Shown here: piece after piece, positions 36,629 through 48,300 of the stretch | Layout: every line of letters starts with the position of its first letter | Position numbering within the stretch: the first letter of the stretch is position 1 | Source of the DNA: Vitrella brassicaformis CCMP3155 | Lineage: Eukaryota > Protista > Chromerida | Length of the DNA stretch: 64,000 nucleotides | NCBI GenBank assembly: GCA_001179505.1 | Contig: CDMY01000273.1 | Location: 76,567 to 140,566, forward strand | Direction: 5' to 3' | The notes under the pieces: model-generated | The model's database searches: none | Told to the model about the DNA's origin: nothing | The model's input: the letters and a program-made list of their open reading frames with translations, nothing else | Translations under genes and position numbers: made by a program

Positions 36629-38662
36629 ATGAAGCAGATTGACGCAACCGCGGTGCTGCTGGGCCTGGCCTCTGCCCTGTCTGTGAGTTACAGCATCATA
36701 TCTGACTGCGATGAGGTCTTCAACTACTGGGAGCCGACGCACTTCATCGCCTTCCATAAGGGCATGCAGACATGGGAATACAGCCCGCAGTACGCACTGC
36801 GCTCCTATGCATACCTCCTGCCACTCGCCGGGCTCGCCAAGCTGCTGGCCCTCATCGGCTTTGCCCGGCCTCTCATCTGGTTCATCTTACGGGGCGTGCT
36901 GGCCATCTCTTGTGCCATCATTCAGGGCTCTCTTATCAGCGCATTGGGTTCGGCTGTCAGCCCATTAGTCGCCCGCTATGCTTTGCTGGCCTTCATCTGC
37001 AGCCCCGGTCACGTGCTGGCGTCGTCGCCCTTGCTTCCCTCCTCGACCTTCATGCAGCTGTCGATGCTCGTGTGGACGCTGTGGCTACGCAACAGGTGTG
37101 CCTTGGCTGTGGGCGTGGCCGTGTTCGCCACAGTGGCCACCAACTGGCCGTTCGCCGCTTTGCTGTTCGTCCCCTTCATGCTGGACGTCTTCCTTGCCAA
37201 AGGCATCGTGTGGTCGGTGGTTTGGGGGCTGCTGTGGGGCGCTCATGTCACTGCACCGGTCGTGCTTGTCGACTATGTCTTTTATGGACGGTGGCTGGCC
37301 AGTCCGCTCAACATAGCCATGTACAACACGGGCATCGGGGCTGGCGAGAGTGCGGCTGGCCGGTCGGTGTTGTATGGGGTGGAGTCATGGCACTACTACG
37401 CCACCAACCTGCTGCTCAACTTCCACGTCTGGGTGCCCCTGGCTGCTCTGGGTGCGGTCGTCATGGCTGTGAGGTGCTGCTCACGCCAGAAGAAAGAGAA
37501 AGGAATGACAGGTGTTGCAGCACCATCCGCCAGGCGCTTCACGTTTGTGGTGCTGTCGCCCCTGTTGATCTGGCTGGCCGTCATGTTCCGGCTGCCCCAC
37601 AAAGAGGAGAGATTTCTGTTCGTTATCTACCCACTGATCAGCATCGCGGCTGCGTGTGGCTGCGAGGCCATCCACAACGCTGAGGGCTTCTTCTGCGGCG
37701 GTGCGGCCAAAGTGCCGGGCAAGGCCGACCAGGACATAGCCGCCAGCAGCAGCAAGCCAGTGGCCATGTCGTTACTGCGGCTGGTGTTGCGAGGGCTGCG
37801 TGTGGGGATGTGGTGTGGGCTGTTGCTGGGGGCGTCGCTGACTGTCAGCCGTGTGGCTGGTTTGTACGTTTACTACGGCCGGCCGGTGTTCCGTGTGTGG
37901 GAGAGGACCATGGCTGCCGTGGAGAAAGAGGAGAGCAAGTCTGTCAGTGCGTGCACAGGTAGATGAAATGGGTTGGTCTGGGACGTGTTGAGTGATCGCC
38001 CGATGCCATGTGTGTGCGTGTGTGTGTGTGTGATTCAGGTGCGGATTGGCATCGGTATCCCAGCAGTTTCTTCCTGCATGAAAGGGCAGAGCTGCGGTTC
38101 GTCAGGGCGGGCTTCAAAGGTGGGTGATAACTAACTAACATGACGGACACATACATCAACAGACAGACCGAGGCGAGGGGGGCTGTGCTGTGCTGTGCCG
38201 TTGGTGTGTCAGGCTTGCTGCCTGGTGTGTTCAACTCCACATCCAGTATCCCACCAGGCATGAACGACGACAATCGAGAAGACCCTCACAAGTGTGTCAG
38301 ACAGGCGGCCAGAGAGAGGCACTCACCCATACATACGCACACTGTCTCTGTCGGTTGTGCATACACACAGGTACGTGTCGATAAGTGAGTGCGACTACTT
38401 AGTCGACTCGACGGACCAGCCATTGGCGGCCAACGCACCACGGCCACGCGAGAAGCTCATGCAGTTGAATGGCGATGCGATTGCCGCCGACCAGCTGGCC
38501 TTCGAGTCGGTGTCATGCTATCCCATCCTGGAGGCGGCCATGAGCCGTGCACCATACAGGAGCTTCCTCATCCCGCCGTGGAGCATAGAGACGCATGAGG
38601 GCCGCAACACGTTCGTGCAGATGTGTGTGTGGAAAGTGGTGGCCGGGCGGACGACAGATTGA
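36629..38662 (+). CDS. ALG9: Alpha-1,2-mannosyltransferase (GT22)
   Basis: ISDCDEVFNYWEPTHF, QTWEYSPQYALRSYAY, NWPFAALL, LPHKEERFLFVIYP, then GADWHRYPSSFFL, FKGGLLP and CDYLVD in later exons. Confidence 0.95.
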
Positions 38663-38760
38663 ATTCATTCGTTCATGTCATGTATCGATACATGCAATTG
38701 ATGTGACTGACATTTATGTGCCATGCCATCATGAGGGCGTGGCGTTCATGGACAGACAGT

Positions 38761-41050
38761 TCACATTTGCTCGTGTAGGTGCATTGCCTTGGCAGCCAGC
38801 GCCTTGATCACCCCACACATTTCCCCACTGCACTTGCCGAACGTCATGCGCAGCAGCAGCAGGGAGGCAGTCACCCACTTGACGGACGCATCATCCTTCG
38901 AAACACCAACACACACACACGCGTAGACACACATGAGTCCAGTCCGTGCTTGGCTTCCACGCCCTTGGAGCTGACGCGCACGCACCGCACCTTGGTGAGC
39001 TGCGATTTCCAGAGCCAGGCAGATGCCACACAGTAGCTTGACAATGGTCGCACGCGAATCGATGTCGGGGTCACTGGTGAGGCCGCGCATCGTCATGCCC
39101 ATCACGTACGCCTTGAGCGCGTAAAGGGTCTTGTCGAGCAGCACCCTGTCCATGTCCACGGCTGCTGCTGCTGAGTCCTCTTCAAGACTGAGACACTGCA
39201 GCAACAGCTGCAAAACAGGGAGACACACAGCACCCACAGATTCGTGCGTGCACACGCTTGTCCGTGCCTCGTGCACGCAGCCTCAACTTGGGACATACCA
39301 TCATCAGCGCCGCCATCGGCCCTGGTCTGCGAAAGACAAATACACACACGCCACACACATGCCGAATGAACGAACAGCTCTCTCCTGTGCATACAAGTAT
39401 GCTATGAGGCAGTCGACATCACTTAGGTTGGTCACATCCATCGAGTCAGAGATCACCACATCCACGGCCTGCAGAGTGGACAACAAACAAGGGGCCGTAC
39501 ATCGATTGCACGATGGGTGGTGCGTGTGTATGTGTGCTGACTTGGCGCAACAAACCTGGTCAAAGCACACCACAATAGAGCCATCAACACAATTCCTTCT
39601 CAATAAAGCTGGGGGCCTACTTTCGACAGAATGTCTCAGCCCTCCAATAAGCTCCTCCTTCCTCTCTGGCCGTGACAGCACGATGGCAGCAGCCGCCTCG
39701 AGCGCCGCACACGTGCAATGCTGCCCCACACGGACCCTCCTCGCGGAGAAGGAGCTCACCTTGACCGGACTCGCCCCAGCTGCCTTTCCCTCAGCTCTTT
39801 TGTCGCCCCTTGTTGCCGACCTCACTGCCGAGAAGAAGCCCCTGGTACTACTTGTGGTGGTGGCCTGTAGCTGCCTCTTGGCGGTCGACCTTTTCTTCTC
39901 TTTGTTGAGTCGTTCCGTCCTGACATTGGCCGCCTTGAGCATGGCGTCGATCAGCGGAGCCAGCTGGGTGTCGGAATTGGTGTTGTCGTCCATGTGTGCG
40001 GTCATGAGAAAGGCGGCAGCGGCGCCATAGGTGACAGTGTCGCATGACGGCCGAACGCACTCGAGGCAGTCGTGCAGGAGGGGAAGAACGCCCTTATCGA
40101 GCAGGCACTTCGTCAGATGTCGCTTCTTGGCTGCATAGAAGCAGATAGAGACATGAAGAGTGTGCACCAACAGGACAACAGAGCATCTACGTGTGAGCCC
40201 ACCGGCCGCCTCCTCACTCAAGTAGCTCCGGTCAGCGACGGTGTCTCGCAACTCCCGGCACTCCTTCCACCACAGACACGCGTCCTCCTCCTCCTCACCG
40301 CCCGCCCCCTCGTCCAGAAGGTGCTCCACCATGGCCACCATGAGGCAGTGGCCGGCAGCATACAGAGCCATCCGCCAACTCAGCCCCAGCTGAGCCAGCG
40401 CAAACACCAGGTGGATGCTGTCCTCGGCTGTCTCCTCCTCCTTGCTGCAGTGCTGCATGTATGTCAGCAGCACATCCACACGGTCAGGCGTGAAGACCCC
40501 CAACACGTCGGCGGCCATAGCGTCTCTGCCAGTAGGGAAGTGGTAGAGCCCCTCCATCATATTGGTGATAACGTCGATAAGGGTGGCAGGGGGCATGTCG
40601 GGCAGCGACAAGAGGCCGAGATGCGCATCGAGGAAAGCTGCCAGCCTGCCGTTGTCGATGAGATAGCTGATCAGCCACGGCAGATGGCCGAGCGTGTCGG
40701 TCGTCACGTAAGGGCTCATCAGCTCACACCAGCAGTCGAAGAGGACCTCCACTTCCGACGCATCGCGGGGCGACAGGCTCATCAGCACATCTACACCTCC
40801 ACTTTTGGCAAACAACTCACATGTTCTGCTGCTTGGTTCCTCCATTCCGCTGTCCGTCATCGTGTCCATGAGGTCTTGCAGCCCTGTCGTCCACAGGCGG
40901 TCCAGCTGCCCTGTTCTCAACATGGAAGCCAACCGCTTGACTGTCTTCTTGTAGCTGCGGTCCCTGCCCTCGTCACTCCCGTGATTCAGGGGGCGGGCTT
41001 CAGCGTCATGGCCTTCCGGCCGCTTACACATGCTGAATGCGAGACCCATG
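38761..41050 (-). CDS. Hypothetical alpha-helical (ARM-like) protein, possibly a divergent CTNNBL1 relative
   Basis: First exon of ~1.5 kb with helical amphipathic pattern, followed by spliceable exons; begins MGLAFSMCK; similarity to CTNNBL1 judged only by eye. Confidence 0.55.
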
Positions 41051-41195
41051 GCGGATGTGTGTGCGCCTCTTTGCCTGTGGCTGAGTGCACTACAGGGCCA
41101 CCAGAGGGCCACAGTGGAGGGCCTGAACACTCAGTTTCAACAACGTTGCCCGGGAGACGGGGGGCTGCGAGACGGCCCCCAAGACGGTGCCCAAA

Positions 41196-42152
41196 ATGGC
41201 GAGTACAGCTCCTGTCGAGGACAAGAAGGCATTTCACCCCATCGACGTTCCCTTCCCACCCTTCTTCGACAAGGAGCTGCGGGAGGCCTGGCTCAAGTGG
41301 GGTCTCAGCGAGGACATGGGGGCCGTCAAATTCTCATTCGACAACGCCCTGCCGACCGCCGCAGCCACCACACAGATCAGCAAAGATGTCCTTCGGCCGT
41401 TTGTCGAGGACTTCTTCTCGGACCCGACGGTGCGTTCGGCGCTGCGAGGGGCGTTTCCCATGGTGTTTGGGAGTGGGCGCACGGTGTGCGAGTTTGATGT
41501 GATGCGGACGAGCAAGACGCGGATGAGCTTCCTGAGCGAGCCTTTGGTGAATGGGGGCATCGTGAGTGAGAGCGGACACATCAAGGGGCGCCTGGAAGAG
41601 GACTATGAAGGTGCCCATGCACACACATGGAGACGATGTGTATGCATGGATAGGATGGTCGTGTTTGTTGTTGTTGTCGTGCCTGTGTGTGTGGTGCAGG
41701 CATTCCGATAGTCAATATGCTGCGTGAGTGTCTCCTTATGGAGGAGAGCGAGCACTGGGAGGTTTTCTCTGAGCAGGACCGGTGCGAGTTCCTCTTGATG
41801 ATCTTCCAGCACCTGGTGGTCGGGGGGGCCATGAACCAGTACGACGACAGCGCCACCCCCTACTATGACACCACACGACGCCTCTACAAGGAGTTCTGCA
41901 GTGTGAGACGCAACGAAGACGGAGACATTCAGGTAAGAACACATCAACGGTGCAGAAAGCCGTGTGCATCCAGCGTCTTCTCTTGTGTTGGTGGTTCAGG
42001 TGATATCAAAGGTAGTGCGGGTGCGTTCGTTCTCTGATGAGGGGTCCTCGCTGTTTCCCCGCGAGCATCCCTCCAACTTTTGCTATTTGATCATCGACCC
42101 GCTCAGTCGGCAGCTGTGGGTGTGGTACTATGGCTATCGACCCTGGTTCTGA
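41196..42152 (+). CDS. CFAP300: Cilia- and flagella-associated protein 300 (C11orf70, dynein arm assembly)
   Basis: WLKWGL, FVEDFFSDPTV, LRECLLMEESEHWEVFSEQDRCEFLLMIFQHLVVGGAMNQYDD..YYDTTRRLYK and NFCYLIIDPLSRQLWVWY. Confidence 0.9.
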
Positions 42153-42426
42153 CTGATGCATGGATGGATGATTGGGTGCACGTGTGTGTTGTGGATGGAC
42201 ACGTTGACGGACAGGGCTGATCGAAGGGCACTGGTGTCTCACAAGTGTTTGTATGGCAATGCACACACAAGACAACTCGCAGGGTCTGTACTCGAGGGCA
42301 CAAAAAATCCAACATGACGCACAGAAAAAACACCTCACTCGCTCATCATACATTTGAGCCTCATCGGCTCAATCGATCGATCGACACGCCAGTTCTTCCA
42401 TCCTAACCCGCCCTAATGTCATATGG

Positions 42427-44938
42427 CTAGTAGAGTGCCGTCTTCTCCTTGACGAATGTCCGCCTCGCCTCGACATCAGACGGATCGTACGGATACATGC
42501 TCCGAGGGTAGTACCTGCCAGCCAGCCAGCCGCCCTCGGGTGTGGTGTGAAGGGTATTATTCGTGCTCACCTCTCTGATTTTGTGTCCCCGTGAGCATAG
42601 TCAAATCGCCCCTCCTCCAGCTGGTACGCCACATACGAGTTCCTGTGGCCGAACTTGACAACCGCACCGAGAATCCGAAAGGGATTCCCTTTCTGTGCAT
42701 CGACAGGCACACACACAGGGGGAGGCAGGCTCTCTGTAATGTTGGTGTGGTCTCCTGGATGAGTGTCGGTATACCTCGGGCGTGATCGTTCTGAAGACAA
42801 AGATGTCGTCGAATGACTTGGCAAAGTCCAAACGCTCCTGCCTGCCGGTGGTCCCCATCATGCCATCGGGGCTAGGGACGTCCTGATCGATACACACAAA
42901 CGGACGGACGATGCGCTGCCCTTTTCCTTGCCGCATCCCCGCTCGCAGGCAATGGCGTACCCGCAGCCTTGGATTCAGCATTATAAAGGGGCGTGCACCC
43001 ACTGCCTCCTGCATCTCATCCAGCACCTCAACGATCGGGGTGCTCTTCTGCAATGCATTACACGCAGACACCCATGTGGACGCACAAGAGGGCATGGAAG
43101 CTTGTTGTGCTCACGGCGGTTTGCGGGCAGAAGACGATGAAGATGTCGTCGTCATCCTCCACAAACTGAGGTCCCACGCCGCCGAATCGCACCTTCCCAT
43201 CTAACCTGAACACACACGAGGCCACTGAGCTGGGGTCATGTGTTTGGCCTCCATCCCTCACCTTGGTGGGAGGCTCTCTGCTGCGACGACCTCACTGAGC
43301 GACTTGAGGCCTCGTGCGGGGATGGGCTCCTCACGCTGCAGCCGCATCAACAGTGCACACACCACATGTAGGCCAATCCGGGCATACAAAGATCGTGTGT
43401 GTCGTGGTGTGTGCGTGCCTACAGGTTGGTATGGCTCTGAACCATCACCCCTGTAAGAGGAAATGGAGAGAATGGATGGGTGTACACTAGCTGGACGCTT
43501 ATTTGGTCTGAAGAACATCTTCCGCACCAGTCCATCATACCGAACATCTTCCGCACCCCGGCCAACGGCAGAGGGGTGCCCTGACGAAAGCCTATCTCCA
43601 CCGCACCCTGAAACAGCCAAAGCGGCGGACGCAGACACACACAAAGGATTCAATGCATTCATCTGCCTCGCCAGCTGTATACCTACCTGTATGCAAATCT
43701 TGACATTTCGTCCGGTCTCCTTGACGACGTACAGGGCGACCTCCCTGACCAGCTCCATCAGTGTGGCCACGCGGTACGTGTCAATAGTTGGATTGGTCTC
43801 GGGCACATTGATCCGCAGTCGCATCTTCGACGACGCGTAGTCGCGATCGATCACGGCCTGGTGAACAGCAAAGGCGGCGCTGCGATAGAACCACTCACTG
43901 CGACACATACAGACAGACACCAATGCAGGGAAGACAGGCGTAGCTCGTATCTCGTTTGCACACCGGACGGCTTGACTCATTGGTACGCTGTTCACCTGCA
44001 CACACACAGACGTGTACGCAGCGATGCCCCATTTCTCCGTCTGAGTGTGTCTGTTTGTCTGACATTGAGGCCCATTGGCAGCTCCTGAGATGACCCGATG
44101 GGGATGGCCATCAAACTGCCATCAAGAACAGGCACAAGACAACGAATGAATACGACACAATGATCACCTCACTCGCAGCTGCGTGCATGGATGTACCTCG
44201 CGATGCTCTTGGCGCGATCGGCCCTCCTGCTGAGCGCCATCAACGCCTGCTTCAACCCATCAACTGCACACCAAATCCACGCAATCAGCCACAAGAGCAT
44301 CCAAAGGCTTCGGCGTGAGCTCACCAGTGGTCACTCGTCCATCGAAAGGGATGGCGACCGTCTCTAGAGTGGTCTTCTTGTCGCTGCCGAACAGCTTCCT
44401 CTCAGTGATGGTCAGGTTGACAATGGCCTCGTCCTCAGTCATATCCACCAGGAGCGCATCGTCGATGACAAACAGACCAGCTTGCCAGAAATTCGCCTTG
44501 GTCATCCGCTCCTTGATGTCCGCGTCAAGACGAGAAGCATACGCAACCAAATCATCCTAAGAAACAAGCAAAGCAAGCAGAACGACCAATGAGGGAAGCA
44601 AACACAGCCAATCAACAAACAAGCATCATGCAGCTTCTTTCACAGTGACTGCGCACCTTGTGTTTGGTGTTCATGTACTCAAGTAGAGTGGATCTGTCCT
44701 TCTCGTTGAGCTGCAGCGATTGCCTGAACGTCCCCGCATAGAACGGCGAGGATGAAGCTGCACCGATCTTTGTCCTGGCGCCACGCCGCCGCAAGATCAG
44801 CCCTGAGGCATGAGTAAGTCTCCATTGCGGCACAGAGAAGCAACCAGCCAGCGCAGCACAGCTGCAGAGGGTGCTGAGCCACACAAGACTAACTCTGCAG
44901 CTCTGTTGGCCCTTCGCAATGAGTCCGCTTCGTCGCAT
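42427..44938 (-). CDS. Probably plastid-targeted DUF2470-like + DUF1995 protein (C-terminal domain like that of plant chloroplast adenylate kinase 5)
   Basis: RINVPETNPTIDTYRVATLMELVREVAL, VKICIQ, PLPLAGVRKMFGMMDW, DDDDIFIVFCPQ, RPFIMLNPRL, DVPSPDGMMGTTGRQERLDFAKSF; N-domain LEYMNTKHK-DDLVAYA; signal-like N-terminus CAALAGC-F. Confidence 0.8.
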
Positions 44939-45325
44939 TGCGTTGCGAGCCTCAGGAAAAACAGGTCAGCGTTCATCAGTAGGGTTCGGGTTTTAGGGTT
45001 GTCCAGTGATGGGGTTATAGGATTTGCTGACTTGGTCACGGTCTTTGGCAGAGTCCAAGCATTCACTGACACCAGCCTCCCCCCTGCGTGGAGCTCCTCT
45101 GCCTCAGCCAGAACCTCTTGTCTCGCATCCCTCGCAGTTTTGTCCTTGTGTTCATAACTAGGTCCTCTCTCTGCGGCTGTCTTTCATCTGCACTAGCTGA
45201 CCACGGGGCGCGAACAGTCGGCATTGACGGAGGCCGGGAGTGACCCACTCGCAGAGCCCTCCCGCTCCCCTCGCCTCGTCCCCCCCGCCTGTCTACTCTC
45301 TCCTGTGTGAATTTCGTGTGTGAGG

Positions 45326-48300
45326 ATGGCGTGCGAGGTGCTGTCGATGATCGGCAGCTTCGACGAGCTCTCAGATGTACAGCCGGTGGTGAGCAAACAC
45401 ACAGCCCTGCTCGGGTTACAAAGATGGCTGCATGCGTGTGGGTGCGCATCTGCTGCGCTGTGTGTTGTGTGGGTGTCGATATTATGTCAGGGCGGCTGTC
45501 ACTGTGGAGGCGTGCATCTGCCTATCGGTGCTGTGTCTTGCCATCATGACCACCATCCATCGGAGGAGCAGCGCAAGGAATGGGTACCGCGCCCAGACGC
45601 ACACACACACACAAGGCACCCACACACACTCGATAGATGCCCTTATCTGTGTGGCAGGGTCGTTTAAACGACGAGGGTCGCGTAGATTGGTGTTCGCGTG
45701 AGGGCAAGTGGAATGTGCACGCCGCCGCATCGATGAACTACCAGGTCGCCATGAGCCCTACGCTGTTCGATGTCGACGACGGCACGTTCGCGAGCCACTA
45801 CAGCAAAACAAAGAGGTGCGTATGAGCGGATGGGATGGCTGGCGTGTCCTGTGTGAATGCGCTGGGTTGGGTGCGTGTTTATGGTCGCCTGTGCAGGTGT
45901 TTGGCGTTTGTGGATTCGTTTGTGTGGAGCGAGTACGGCGACCGGCTGCGGACCTACTTCAACACGTACGAGATCAACGCCCACTTCGTGCCCATCAACA
46001 TACCAGAGGAACAGAAAACTCTCGCGGTGAGTCCGCAGACCCACTCACACAAGTGGATAGATACACCACACACGGACGAATGGCTGCCCTNNNNNNNNNN
46101 NNNNNNNNNNNNNNNNNNNNNNNNNNNNNNNNNNNNNNNNNNNNNNNNNNNNNNNNNNNNNNNNNNNNNNNNNNNNNNNNNNNNNNNNNNNNNNNNNNNN
46201 NNNNNNNNNNNNNNNNNNNNNNNNNNNNNNNNNNNNNNNNNNNNNNNNNNNNNNNNNNNNNNNNNNNNNNNNNNNNNNNNNNNNNNNNNNNNNNNNNNNN
46301 NNNNNNNNNNNNNNNNNNNNNNNNNNNNNNNNNNNNNNNNNNNNNNNNNNNNNNNNNNNNNNNNNNNNNNNNNNNNNNNNNNNNNNNNNNCCGCACCGCA
46401 TCGGGGGCTACCGCTTCCGCACCGACATCACCTTCGACGAGCTGGTCGACGTCTGCGGCGAGTACGCACGGGTGATGACTGTGCGGGTCGAGAAGCTCAT
46501 CTGCGACGCGCCCGCGACGCTGCGGCTCCTGCCGCCCGTCACCGATAGCGATAGAAAGGAATGGGTGAGTGAGCTAACACAGACAGGCACAGAGAGAGTC
46601 GTGGGTCGTGTCTGGTGGCTCATTTATGTGGTGTTGTGTGTGTGTGTGTGTGGATGGGTGTGCAGAGGTTGAAGAACGACGACGGTCGTGTGGAATGGGA
46701 GGCGTGTTACGGCACCTGGTCGGTGGTGGCGAGCCAGCGCATGGACTACGAGGTCACCATGCGCCCGGGGCTGTTCGACCCGGCAGACGACGCACTCGCA
46801 CAGTTCTACGCCAAAACCAAGAGGTGAATGACCGCCTCCACAGGCATCCACGGACGAGTGTGTGTGTGTGAGTGGATGTGTGTGTGTCTGGATGTGCAGG
46901 TGTCTAGCGTACGTTGACCCGTTGGTGTGGCAGGAGTATGGCCATCACATCAAGGCCTACTTCGAGGCGCACAACATCGCAGCTCGGTTCGTACCGTGCG
47001 CTGCACCGGAGGAGAACAAAAACCTTGAGGTACGCCTGAGATACAAACACACACAGAAGGCCCTTTGACACATTGTCCCATGTGTGTGCGCGTGTGTGTG
47101 TGTGTGTGTGTCAGTTGCTGGCTGCCGGTGCGCAAGCCATAGTCGATTTCGGTTTGGATCGTCGGCACGAGCCTGTCTTGGCCATCGGCGGCGGTGTGCT
47201 GATGGACGTGGTGAGTTTGCTGTCGTCTCTGTACAAGCGCAGGGTGCCCTTCATCCGCATCCCCACCACTTTCCTCGGCATCGTCGACGCGTCCATCGGC
47301 GTCAAGACGGGCGTCAACTTCGGCAAAAACAAAAACATGCTCGGCACCTACACGCCGCCCAAGGCCGTCTACATCGACACGGCCTTCCTCCGCACAGTTC
47401 CCGCACTCCACATCAGAAACGGACTCTGCGAGATCATGAAAATGGCCCTCATGCGTGACAACGAGCTCTTCGCACTGCTGGAGGTACACGGGCGGCACAT
47501 CCACGCACGGCTTGCCTGTGTTGACACATCCTTCTATCTGTGTGTATGTCCCGATATCTGTGTGTATGTCCCGCGTGCCTGTCTGGTTTAGGATTTTGGT
47601 GAGCGTTTGATCGAGACGCGTTTCGGGCACTACACGGGCGGCGTGGGGGCGACGATGCCGGCTGCCGAGCTGTCGCAGGTGTGGGAGGCCGGCCAGGAGG
47701 TGATCCGCAGAGCCATCCACACGATGCTCGAGGAACTCTCCTGCAACCTCACCGAACAAAACCTATACCGGTAAGCCAAACACAGACATTCGCAGAGCCA
47801 GCACACACAGCTGTACATAAAGCCTTCCGTTTGTCTGTGTGTGTGAATGTCAGTTGCGTTGATTTCGGTCACATCTGGGGCCCCGCTGTGGAGCTGGCGG
47901 CCTCCCCGCCCATCCCCCATGGGTTTGCGGTCAACCAGGACATGGCCTACTGCGTGTACCTGAGCTACCGGGGCGGGTCGCTCACATGGGAGGAGGCGTG
48001 CCGCGTATGGCACTGCATGGACCGCCTGGGCCTGCCGCGCAGCCACACCTACTACCTCGACCCCTCCCTGATGCACCCCACGCTCATGAAGATGCAGAAG
48101 ACCCAGGCCGGCATGCACAGGGTGCCCATCCCGCACCGCATCGGGGGCTACCGCTTCCGCACCGACATCACCTTCGACGAGCTGGTCGACGTCTGCGGCG
48201 AGTACGCACGGGTGATGACTGTGCGGGTCGAGAAGCTCATCTGCGACGCGCCCGCGACGCTGCGGCTCCTGCCGCCCGTCACCGATAGCGATAGAAAGGA

